DNA of 60,258 nucleotides, filler included, from Hausera hauseri (Eukaryota): NCBI GenBank assembly GCA_046269625.1. It is 9 parts of 9 records of this genome, joined end to end, with 100 filler letters (N's around TTAATTAATTAA, not from the genome) between each part and the next. Parts side by side here need not be neighbours in the genome. Positions count along the whole stretch, not along the records: positions 46,877 to 51,404 come from JBJURY010540786.1; positions 51,505 to 56,151 come from JBJURY010489910.1; positions 56,252 to 60,258 come from JBJURY010824750.1; 6 more parts are not named here. One strand, 5' to 3'. Shown piece by piece: positions 49,280 to 60,258 of this stretch (position 1 is its first letter; each line of letters starts with the position of its first letter). The notes under the pieces were generated by a model. It saw only the letters and a program-made list of their open reading frames with translations, ran no database searches and was not told where the DNA came from. The position numbers and the translations under genes were made by a program.

Positions 49280-50866
49280 TCACAAGTGCAGACAGCCCCT
49301 GCGAACAGTGTCCTCCTGCCAAGGCACACGTCCTTGTGGGGTCATGAAGAACTCTGTGAAGTCCTGCCTGACACGATGGGCAGCTCGCGATGCGCGTACA
49401 CCTGACAGTTGGCCAGGGTCCGCAAGGCTGCTGTCACCATCCACCTGTTGTCTCCAGTCTCCGTTTAGCCTCTCCCCAGCTGCACCGGTGGAGTCGACCA
49501 AGTTTGGTGGGATGTACATAGCAGATGGGGGATTTGCAGCATCTGTAGCTGCAAGGTAGTTATGAAGGGACACACAGGCCTTCACAACATCCACTGCCTT
49601 GTCCGGGAAGAACTCCATAGTGCGCCCAAGAATCCTCCACCTTGCTACCAGGATACCAAATGAGTTTTCAATGACACGGCGTGCACGAGAGTGGCGGTAG
49701 TTGTACACCTTCTCCTTCATCAACAAGTTTTGACCTTCAAAACAAACACACACAAAGCAGAAACAAAACAGAGTTATGTTTATGCATGTAACAGAAACTG
49801 TAAAATAGGAATTAATGAAATAAAAACATAACAATTACATTAAATATATACGCCTAAACAGTGAACTATAAAATATATTATATATATTATATAGATTATA
49901 AAATATATTAACACTTGTGAAAAACAATCACAGCTGTACATTGACAACATTTACTTTTTCTGAATGTTTTTGTTTATGTTACATACCTGCAAAAGGACGC
50001 ATGAGGTTCATGTGCAGCGGGAACGCAGCATCTCCCACAAACACATGCGGAGCCTTGATGTTGGTACATGGAAGCAGCGCAGGTGGCGGCAGGGGAAGTG
50101 TGGCATCTTTCAGAGCTGACCCAAATTGGCTGTGGTCAAATACTCCTCCATCGCTCTCTCTTCCATATGCCCCGACATCAACCATGGTGAAGTGGTATCG
50201 TGCATCACATACTGCCATCAGTACAATGGAGTGCCCACCTTTGTAATTGAAATAGTGACTGCCCGCTCTTGGTGGCGCTCGGAGTTTGACATGTTTCCCA
50301 TCGATAGCTCCCACACAGTTCGGAAAATTCCACAGTCGCCAGAAGTCTTTCGCAATCTCTTCCATTGTAGCCGGGGCAGGAAATTTCACAAACTCTGCGT
50401 GCAGAGCCAGCCATATAGCCTTGGTCACCTCGGACACAATTGACGAAACTGTAGTGTTGCCCAGTTTAAAACTTGCAGCAACAGCTGCCTGCGAACCACC
50501 AGAAGCCAACAGCCGGAGTGTGACTGCCAGCCTCTCCGGGACGGTGACTGGCATGATGTGCGTCGGCGCGTGTTGGATGAACGGTGTGATGCGAGTCACC
50601 AGGTCATCAAAACGGGCTGCAGTCATTCGGAAATATGCAAAATGTTTCTCGCTGTCCATCTGACGCATCTGCTGGATCAAAACACAGAACTCCCCCTGCT
50701 CGGACCTGGTCCTGTGTAGCGGGTGCACATTCCACCGGCGCCTTTTTTTCTGTTTCTCTTTCTCTGCCGTTAGCGCAAAAAATAATAAAAGATTTTCGAC
50801 GTCGTTGCTCAACATGTCCTCCTCATCAGAACTAGAAAAAGCATAAAAGGAATCTCTCGCCGCCAT
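49280..50866 (-). CDS. PIF/Harbinger DDE transposase, 2 exons (50866-49987, 49734-49280), 444 aa, apparently intact
   Basis: [56 protein letters not shown]. Removing the 252-nt GT-AG intron gives 1335 nt in frame. Confidence 0.95.
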
Positions 50867-51024
50867 AATCGCAAGTGTTTACTGTCCGAGGCAAACCACT
50901 CCTATTTAAACATGGCAGTGACGTACGTTGTTGCGGGAGGAGTTTCCAATGCGCCTTGCGCCGTTTTTCTCAATGAGTATGTAAGGTCTGTGCGAAAACG
51001 ACTGCCGAGCAACCACGTGACCGC

Positions 51025-51064
51025 GCGTCGACACGTCGGCGTCGGAGCGAGTATGTTTCCAGCT
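51025..51064 (-). mobile_element. Putative Harbinger terminal inverted repeat
   Basis: Minus-strand AGCTGGAAACATACTCGCTCCGACGCCGACG, about 200 nt upstream of the transposase ATG, flanked by a TNA triplet. The partner TIR is outside the contig. Confidence 0.55.
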
Positions 51065-51876
51065 TGATTCCTCTATAAGACTCTGATACCTCTAAAATAC
51101 TCTGATACCTGTGGAACTCTCAGATACACCTGAAACACTTCGATAGCAACCAAAGGTCAAACAAACAGGATATCTACAGATAAATCCTTTAGATAAATTT
51201 GAAAATTCCATAACTTTGTGTTTTTTTGACAGTTTTGTGTCAAAGAGCCACATGTCACAGCTCCATGTCCTCCTTGAAACCAGCTGATGACAGCAGTTGA
51301 AGCTGTAGGACCCAGAGTCTGAGGCAGGTTTTAAACACATAAACAGATGGCAAACTGTGTCAAAGAGAACCAAGGTCAATGACATGTGAAAATTTTCTGG
51401 AAAANNNNNNNNNNNNNNNNNNNNNNNNNNNNNNNNNNNNNNNNNNNNTTAATTAATTAANNNNNNNNNNNNNNNNNNNNNNNNNNNNNNNNNNNNNNNN
51501 NNNNTTTTTGAACTCGAAGAATTATCGATTCAAACTCGAAAACTCAGTCAAGCATGCATTATTCGAAGAATCTGATGGCCTTAATCGATTTCGCATATAT
51601 GAAAAACTATTCGAATCTGGCGCCGCCACATTTAAATCATTCGACGCATTAAAACAGACGCATGATGTTGACAATACAACATATTGGCAACAATATGTAG
51701 TGCCCAATTTACCCCACCATTAAAATTATTTCCTTACATGTGTTTTGTTTTACTGCATCAATCATCAAAATTAGACAGTGCACGTTGACATATCTATATT
51801 CTTCATTATTTCCAAATTCATTTCCTCGAATGGTAAGTTTTCTTATTTGTGCTCATCAAATAATTGCTTTGTTTAG

Positions 51877-52275
51877 GTGTGCAAACTTTACAGAGAGTTT
51901 TTGGCTTTAATCCATGAGCCGGGAAATTGCCATAGTATTATGATAAAATACTTTAGCCATATGTTCAACAGGGTTCAGTATTATATATGCCCTACATGTG
52001 AGGTAGTGTGCAGGACAGGGTACGAGGAATTATACAATGTCCATAAACAGCACTTGATTTCCTTTGCCAAGTCGAAAAAACAAATATTCAGTACCAATAT
52101 GCCAATAACGACTTTCGTGCCGAAGGAAAATCGAGGGTGTAGTTCATATGTGTATTGCACATGTACAATACATAACCCTGAGAATTGCCACAATACCATG
52201 AGGAGCTATTATGGCTACAAATTCAATAGGATCCTCTATTATATTTGCCCAGGATGTGAGGCTATATGTGATTGA
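51877..52275 (+). CDS. Small Cys/His-rich ORF with an internally duplicated motif, upstream of pPolB
   Basis: HEPGNCH..FNRVQYYICPTCEVVC and HNPENCH..FNRILYYICPGCEAIC. Confidence 0.5.
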   Translation: MCKLYREFLALIHEPGNCHSIMIKYFSHMFNRVQYYICPTCEVVCRTGYEELYNVHKQHLISFAKSKKQIFSTNMPITTFVPKENRGCSSYVYCTCTIHNPENCHNTMRSYYGYKFNRILYYICPGCEAICD

Positions 52276-52299
52276 GAATACATGAAGTTTTACGAATAT

Positions 52300-55200
52300 C
52301 ATATTGCCCAATTGACAGACTTCAAATGAAAGTCAAAGAAAATCACATTTAATGAGCAGAATCCTGCTTTGGCAGCATAGCCTGCTTCGGCAGAACAGAC
52401 TACTTCGCCAGCACAACCAGTTGTACAGCCTGCTTTGGCAGCAAGGCCCGATGCAGGACTAAAACGCATAGCAGTAGAGGCCAGTTGATGCGGCAGTATT
52501 AAATAAAAAATGCAGCTGATGTTATTGATGCAACTGGTGAAAAAACCCTCCAAGATTTGGCGAAGGATCCAATAGGGCCTTCAATACCAAAAATAGACCC
52601 ATATTAAAAAACACCAATATAGCAGAATGGCTGCAAGAGGTGCACGAGAAGCTGATACGTGAAGCCGGGGAGAGACAGGATAAGAGCGGATGGACTCTAG
52701 CATCCATCAAGAAATCGATTGTGTATGTTAACAAGTACTCCCCCATGCGGGGCAGTTCATATATTCAGCTCCCTAATTGGATCGCTAATAAAAGAGCATG
52801 TGTCAATGTCTATCACAGCGACAACATGTGTTTCATGTATGCCATTCTATCAAAACTCGTAACGGATCAAAAGTATGCTTACTGTGATTTAATGTATCAG
52901 AACATCAAGTAAAACTATTACTTCCAATGTATTAAGTTCCCGCCATCCATAGATGAAGTCAACCAATTTGGAAGTCAACAACATGTCCATCAATATCTTT
53001 GAATTAAATGAGGAGGACAAATTCTATCCCCTGCAGATATGCAATACTGAATTGGAAAATTATATGGATATAGTCCTACTAGACGATAGCGAAAAGAAAC
53101 ATTATGTTTGGATCAAAAATTTTGAGCAGCTAGTCAGATCAAAATTTACGAAACATCATGGACAAATATAAATATGCAAACGATGTTTGACCCATTTCAG
53201 CAGCGATGTAGCTGTATTGAAGCTTGTAGAGCACAAGATATACTGCAACAATAATTATCGTATCAGGCCATAGTTTTACAAGGAGGATTACATTGAATTC
53301 AAGGCGTTCGAGAAGAAGATCAAGGTCCCAATATTTATCTATTGCAATTTTGAGGCTATTCTCAGGCCAGTTCAGAGATGCAGCCCCAATCCCTAACATA
53401 CCAGCACAATGGCATGCCAATATCATGAACTTTCATCATATTGCATGTATGCTAAAGGACTGGACAGTAAACCATTTCTATTCAGGGGTCCAGGCGCAGC
53501 AGCTCATTTCATGAAACGACTTGAAGACATGGCCTGTAGGCTTGGAAATATGAAGCAGCAGCATAAGGACGACACGAGAATGTCGAATAAGCAAGAAGAC
53601 AACGGCATTTTACTTGTGTAACAAGTCCTTCACTAAGGATAATCATNNNNNNNNNNGCAATCTACGCTGCAAAACATGTAGTGTTTTACAAACTAAGTGG
53701 CTATGATTCCCACTTCATTTTTCGGTAAGAGGAAAACATTGAATAAAACATGGATGTGATTTCCAATAGTGAGGAGAAGTATATCATATTTACGAAGCAT
53801 GTTGGAAAAATCAGGCTCGGCTTTGTATACAGTTTTCCTTTTCATGTCGTCGTCACTTGACAGTTTAGTGAAGAACTTCCCTGCAGAAGAAATCAAGGAG
53901 ACGAAGCAGTTCTATCTCACTACATTTATCCTAGACAAAAGGAAAGGTGAGTTTCCCTATGACTATACAACCTCATGGGAAACACTGGATGAGACGTCAT
54001 TGACGGCCAAGAAGGACTTTTACAATATCCTCTCAGATAGCGATATCAGTGATATGGACTATTAGCATACTGAAAATGTCTGGCGTGCATTCCAATGACG
54101 AAAATTAGGAGAATATAGCGACATATACCTCAAGATGGACGTGTTGCTGCGTACTGATGTCTTTGAGAGTCTCAGAGATGCTACGATGAAGATCCATGCA
54201 TTGGATTCGGCTCATTTATCTACGGCTCCAGGAATGAGTTGAGCAGCTATACTGAGATATACAGGTGTCCGGCTGCAGATCATAAAGGACTACAACAAGA
54301 TCCTCATGATCGAGAGAGGCACTAGAGGCGGAATATGCCAGGTCATACATCGATATAGAGAGGCCAACAACAAATAAATGAACGCCCCATTGCCATACGA
54401 TGATTTCAAATGGGTCGAGCATCATAAAGACGTCCCTATACTGGACTTGGATCCCAGTGGAAATACGAGCCACATACTAGAGGTGGATATGGAATATCCG
54501 GCTTCTATCCATGCAATGCATGAACAGCTGCCTTTCCTCCCTGAGAGCAAGCCTTCGCCACATGGAAAGCATAAAAAGCTGCTTTGCCATCTAAATAGTA
54601 GGGAGAGGTATGTAGTCCACTACATAAATCTCCAGTAAGCTGTCAGGAATGGACTCTGCATTACGAAGACCCATAGGGGCCTGCAGTTCAGTCAGGCCAA
54701 CTGGCTGCATCCGTACATAGATCTTAATACGAAGCTTCGGAAAAATGCCAAGAACGACTTTGAGAAGAACCATTTAAGGTGTACAACGACAGCGTTTTTG
54801 GCAAGACCATGGAGAATATCCGAAACAGGATTAACATCGAGTTGGTCTATGAGCGGAAGCGAGCAAAGAAGTTCATTGTCAAGCCCAGCTTCCAAAGAAT
54901 CATTATATATGCTGAAAATTTGGTCAGCATCCATATACTGAAAACATCCATGCAATTCAGCAAGCCTATATACGTGGATATGACAATACTGGATCTGTCA
55001 AAGACCTTGATGTACAAATTCCACTATGACATTGTGATCTCCACATTCAAGTCCATACAGCTGATGTATATAGATACTAATAATTTCATCTATCAGATCC
55101 ATACAGAGGACATTTATGAAGGACTTTGATAAGTTGGCTGAGCATATGGATACGTCTGACTATCCGAATGAGCATCCCAACTATTCAATCACCAACAAAA

Positions 55201-55537
55201 AGGCATTGGGAAATTCAAAGACGAGGTGAATGGGGCAATCATCTCGAGATATGTAGCTCTTAGGTCCAAAATGCATGATATTGATGTATGTGGCCAAGTA
55301 AAAAAGCGGGCTAAAGGGGTCCAAAGGGCGACCTTAGCCATAAGATTGGCTTTGATGACTATGTGAGAATTCTGCATGAGCAGACTCATATCCTAAATTC
55401 GAAGGATCCAGTCTAGGGCTCATAACATTGAGGCAGTAACATTATAAAAGAAAAGCTTAGATTGGTTGGATGACAAAAGGCGAATCCTGGGTTATGAAAT
55501 AAGCACACAACCTCACGAGCATGCTGCATTAATGTAA
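52300..55537 (+). mobile_element. Polinton/Adintovirus protein-primed DNA polymerase B pseudogene
   Basis: SGWTL..YSPMRGSSYIQLP.WI.NKRACVNV..DNMCF, FMSSSLDSLVKN, RKGEFPYDY, LEVDMEYP, SVFGKTMENIRNR, KPIYV..ILDLSK, GKFKDE, DDKR. Many stops and frameshifts. Confidence 0.93.
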
Positions 55538-55735
55538 ATAGCTTTGGTATGATGTGTTGTCTTTTTTATATTAATACATCTTATAAAAATATCATGTTGT
55601 CTTCATGATCAAGTTATGTAGGATATAGGATAAGGCCAAATAAATAAATTACTAAATTTAAAATACAAATAAAAAGTCAATGCAGCGTGTCATTTACCTG
55701 TATTAATCTGTCATTATTTCAAAATCGCAAAAACA

Positions 55736-55865
55736 TGTCCAATTTTTCTGCAGGAGATGGTAGAAAAGACGATGAGTATGGCTACTTGCAACGCACATAC
55801 TTTTTGTGTGAGCTATCTTCAGAAATGACTATGTCGTAAAATGTCATGTCAAATATGCAGGACAT
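55736..55865 (+). pseudogene. RING-finger remnant downstream of pPolB
   Basis: In one frame: CPIFLQEM..TCNAHTFCVSYLQK*LCRKMSCQICR. This fits a RING pattern with two Cys and the Trp mutated. Confidence 0.65.
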
Positions 55866-57498
55866 ATTGTGATTATGCTGTTATACAAGATGCAGAATAT
55901 CAGTATCTGTACGTGTCGTGGATAGGGTGTTTGATAAAGACACTACATGATCTCTGGCCTGATACAGAAACTGAATATGACAGTGACAAAACCATTATGT
56001 GATTATTTATTTAATACGTGTTTTTGCTGTATTTCGCAGCAGCATAACTTTGACATAACGCTAAACACTTTTTTAAGAACAATGTAAACCATTTTCACGA
56101 TAAATACGTGTAATGTTCTTTGGTATAGATACCAATTTGACACACTTATATNNNNNNNNNNNNNNNNNNNNNNNNNNNNNNNNNNNNNNNNNNNNTTAAT
56201 TAATTAANNNNNNNNNNNNNNNNNNNNNNNNNNNNNNNNNNNNNNNNNNNNCAAAATTCACATGATAAACATAAAAATATATGTACAATATATCTATACA
56301 CAACATCACCATTCACTCGTTCCGTTCTCTACATAAACACACGCATGCTCACACACATACCTCTATGTATACACTATATACACCCTTTTTCTTCACTATT
56401 TCTTCTGTCCTCCGGATTACCCAACTAGTCAGTCGGGTTCCAACACCCTATGAATGTACTCAAATATATTTTATCATTAAGTTATTTACAAATAATGCAA
56501 GTAGAATGTAATGAATGTTAATCTTAAAGTGTCAGTATCTCAATATTTTTATTAATGTTACTTTCTCGCTATCCATTGAATTAGACAGGAAATAATAAAG
56601 CGATTAACCTATCATGAACAATACGGAGGATTTCATCAATATATTTAACAAATATGATAATGTAATTCCGCCATATAGTTCAAAAAAGGTAAAGATTATG
56701 CATATATGGTAATACAAGTCGAAATACATCGGTTTTTCGTCAATTGAGATTATGTAATTATCGCCTTTTATATTTTTTTAATATTCTCTTTAGCTAGTTT
56801 TGCTTTTGACAGATCACATGTACCTAGTCTCTGTTGCATGTTCCATACTATATTACCCAATTACTGTCTTTACAACCCCGAAATAATAACAAATGAACAA
56901 TAATCGGCTTCACAAAGGAACACTAAAAAATTGAATGAAATATATTAACAAATGATTGCCAAAGTAGAAAAAAAGCCGACCCTTGGGGCCAAAAAATTTT
57001 ATTGTTGGTGCTCTACTTAACTAACAACCTCTTGACTAAACACTGAGTTAAATCTAACTCACATAGCGATCATTGTGGTAAAGGCACGGATAAAAATTAA
57101 ATTTCGTATTTGAATTAATCAAGAGAAAATTTCAAACACCGTTTAATATTTACTAAACATTGTTAAACAAACCACAAATTTGTCGATATTTATATCCGGA
57201 GGTGCCCCTTTCCGTATTATTTGAACACGGATTTTCTTAGTCGTGTTAACACTTCTCTTCACAGTAACTTTGTTACATTCTCGATACATAGTTGTATACA
57301 ACCGAAACTCAATAACCAAAAAGCAAAATGAAATGAAAGAGCAAATGCCACAAAATATCACACAAAACGGTGACACATCAAAGTGAAAATAAACGATGTA
57401 TTTACAAAGAACTGCGGACAGTCAATCTGACCTCAAACATGTACACAATGTAATTCAACGGATATATTAAAATCACATCTCCTAGGGCATAAAATGAG

Positions 57499-59606
57499 CT
57501 ACTTGCGACGCTGCAAAGACTCAAGGGCTTTCTGTCGAAGACGTTTCTCCTCTTCTTTAAGATAGCTTTCATCCCGGCCCCTCTGAATAAATTTAAGATG
57601 AAAAAGACTAGATGTTAAAAAACGAACCTTGAATAAATCAATAGATTTACGACGACAAGCTCGACGGTCGGAGTCTGATGACGAAGATGACGATGAACTG
57701 GAATCGGATGAACTGACTGACGAATCTGATGATGACGATGAATTAGACGAGTCTGATGAGCCACTGACAACAGACGAGTTCGAACTGCTACTGCTGCTGC
57801 TGGAACTGACTGACGATTCTGACACACTGCGCTTGCGTTTGTTCCGTTTATCCGTTCGACTGCCGTTCCGTTTGCGTTGCGTTTGTGGACTTTTGCTGCG
57901 GTAGGCTCGGCTTTTACCCGCTTCATCCCTATTCCGTTTATGTTCAGTACTTTCTTCACGATTTCTTCGTCGACCTCTCTCATTGTCCACACGTTCTCGT
58001 CGATGGTCTTCCTCGTCTCTGCGTCGTCCTCGATTGGGACTGACTTCGCGGTTCTTTTTGCGCGACTCACTTCCATCTCTATTTCTCCTTTTCGTATCGG
58101 CACCATCATCTCTATTTCGTTTCCGTTGACCGCTATCTTCCCGATGTCGACGTCTAATCTGACTATTCTCTCTAACCCTTATCCTCGATGAATCTTCATG
58201 ATTTTTCTCTCGCTTCTTATCATCGACGTCAGCAGTGTTTTGCCGCTGTTTCATAACTGGGCTGTTCCTACGACGACGGGATTCAGTTTCTTCTGCGTTG
58301 CGTTTCTTATTTCTACCAGAGTCCTCCTCTTCATTTCTCGACTTCTTTTCATCATGGCGATTTCTACGACCTTCCTCCGTCTCGTTCTTAAGCCGTTTAC
58401 TGCCGTCCTCATTCTCCTCGCCAGATTTCTTAACATGCCTGTTACTCTCCTTGGCTTTCACGATATCTCGTTTGATTCTTGACTTGTCCTCGTTCATCCT
58501 ATCAGCATACATTGACCCAATATTGTGACGCTTCAGAATTTCCTCCGACGAACTGGTGCTACGCATATCTCGACCCTTATCTCGGCGGGACTTTTTCGGT
58601 GGAGGCTCTGCAGATTTAGACTTAGCCTTTTCGACTTGTTCTTTCTTCACTGGTGCAGCTCGTTCGTGAGAACTTTCTGATTCGTTTTCCCACTTCTCCT
58701 TTGTTATAGGCGATGGCGAACGAACAAACTCGGTAAATTTCGGTTCGTCGATGTTCATAGATGGTTCTCGACGTCGTCTACCTGTATCTCTATCCCTCTG
58801 ATCTGGAGGACCGTTTCCTCGATTGTTTCGCTTCTGTCGGTCGTCGTGGATTCGACTATCTTTTGACGTCGCTTCAAATCCCGGAGACTTATATTTATTT
58901 TCCCGACTACGACTTCGAGATCCCCGTTTTCTCTCGTCATCTCTCCGTCGTCGTCGATCGACACTCGGTTCTCTATCTTTTCGCTTCCTCTCTGTTCTTC
59001 CTTCTTTCACAGGTTCCTCTGAATTATCTTTGTAATCTAATTGAAGAATATTTCGATCATCGTTCACGGGAGATACCCGCTTCCATTCGTCTTGTCGGTC
59101 TCGTCGACGTCTAACATGACATAAATAAAAAACAAGTTTATGTCGTTCTTACTCTTCTCTATCTTTCGGTGACAGATTTTCCTTCTTATTACGATCACCT
59201 CTCTAAATAATACAATTACCATATCATCCAATAATCAACTCCAAAATACGCGTCTTGACTCTGATGACATCCGTCGTCGACTGTTTTTCCGATCATCATG
59301 ACTTATATCCGGACTTCTACGACGATCATTCGAACGTCTATCGGGACTTCGTCGTCTCTCCCTTGATCGACGTTTCTCGTTCGATTTCCTTCGACGGCGT
59401 TCATTGCGCGGTGACAAGCTCTTGTTCTTTTCCTTCATCTTATTATCACTTCGACTCCTGTGTCGATCACCACCTGACATGAGCACTTGCGAAATCATTT
59501 CGGATTCTTCTGCCAATTGGTCTTGGATGTTAGCTTCATCCGCCTTCAATAATTTAATAACAATTCTAGCTCGATAAAGATTACTGGATAAAGATAAGTT
59601 CACCAA
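57499..59606 (-). CDS. Arg/Ser/Glu-rich multi-exon protein (SR-related; tail resembles SRRM1)
   Basis: Long low-complexity ORFs are joined by ~41-47 nt GT-AG introns (about 59112-59152, 59204-59248 and 57583-57627). There is a poly-Ser tract. The C-terminus EEEKRLRQKALESL resembles SRRM1 LEKHLREKALRSM. No PWI domain was recognised. Confidence 0.7.
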
Positions 59607-60258
59607 ATGTTGATGATGATTATGACCAACATAATAATAATAATTGCATATGCTTAGAACTTTTTGTATTACAACTAGAGTTTAATAAAACTAACGACCA
59701 CCCAAATTTATTCTACGTTGATTTTTATTTAAAGAATCCAACTCAAATGACTCACTTTGGCATCTCAATTATGAGAACTGATTATTGCCAATAATATGCA
59801 TCCGCATGAAAATCATCTGCGACAGTCCAACAAGTAAACTGAGACTAAACTTAAAATGATCGCAAGCAATTGATCAGGTCAATTTAGAATCTGAATATTC
59901 AAAAACATGTAAACTAGCATTGATAACATTGAAATATTGCAAAATTTTCTGTGTCGCTAATGAAGGGCATCGAAGTTTGGCGAGAAAATTCTGTATAATA
60001 TGAACGTATAACACCGTTGCAAAAATGTAAAGAATTGTCTCGTCAAATTTAAGTGCTCCAGTAAAATAATACTAAAATTCTTTGATGTTACCGTTATTAA
60101 CTGTATAAGTGTGTATGTGTATATATATATTGCGGAAAAACAAAGATGAAATATATAATACATAATATTACCCATACTCAAACGAAAAGTCACACTTTTT
60201 CAAGCATTCCTAACATAAGAAATATTTTACGAATGACATTTCATTTTACCTTTAATGT

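Noticed and set aside
57615-59114. Multiple antisense and alternate-frame ORFs over the RS-rich gene
   Set aside because: These are shadow ORFs produced by low-complexity codon usage.
59700-60258. Small exon/intron-like segments upstream of the RS-rich gene
   Set aside because: I could not assemble a stop-free, recognisable protein, and no PWI domain was seen.

Overview
The window is not a single locus. It is nine short contigs joined by artificial 100-nt N/TTAATTAATTAA/N linkers. Most come from an AT-rich eukaryote, probably an animal, with tiny (~40-47 nt) introns; one or two look like a different, teleost-like genome. Much of the sequence is decayed mobile DNA: Penelope ends with minimal hammerhead ribozymes, several Ty3/gypsy families, Tc1, pogo, rosa (DD41D) and ITmD37E remnants, an EnSpm-like MITE, an apparently intact Harbinger transposase, a Polinton/Adintovirus pPolB remnant, and a 9.6-kb 68-bp satellite. 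Three observations stand out. (1) A CsRn1-like LTR retrotransposon has an 81-aa ubiquitin-like domain ending RLRGG/RFRGG fused in frame to the N-terminus of Gag. It is seen in two copies (~60% identical) and may be preceded by an OTU-like protease remnant. (2) Two same-strand mosaics of unrelated host-gene fragments: VPS35L-CACHD1-like-ACLY, and EEF2-unknown-axonemal dynein-KIFAP3-ACLY. Several junctions are in frame and introns are retained. (3) An LTR element has a REX4/ISG20-like exonuclease-fold segment just upstream of its PPT and 3' LTR. All homologies were recognised by eye; no searches were run.
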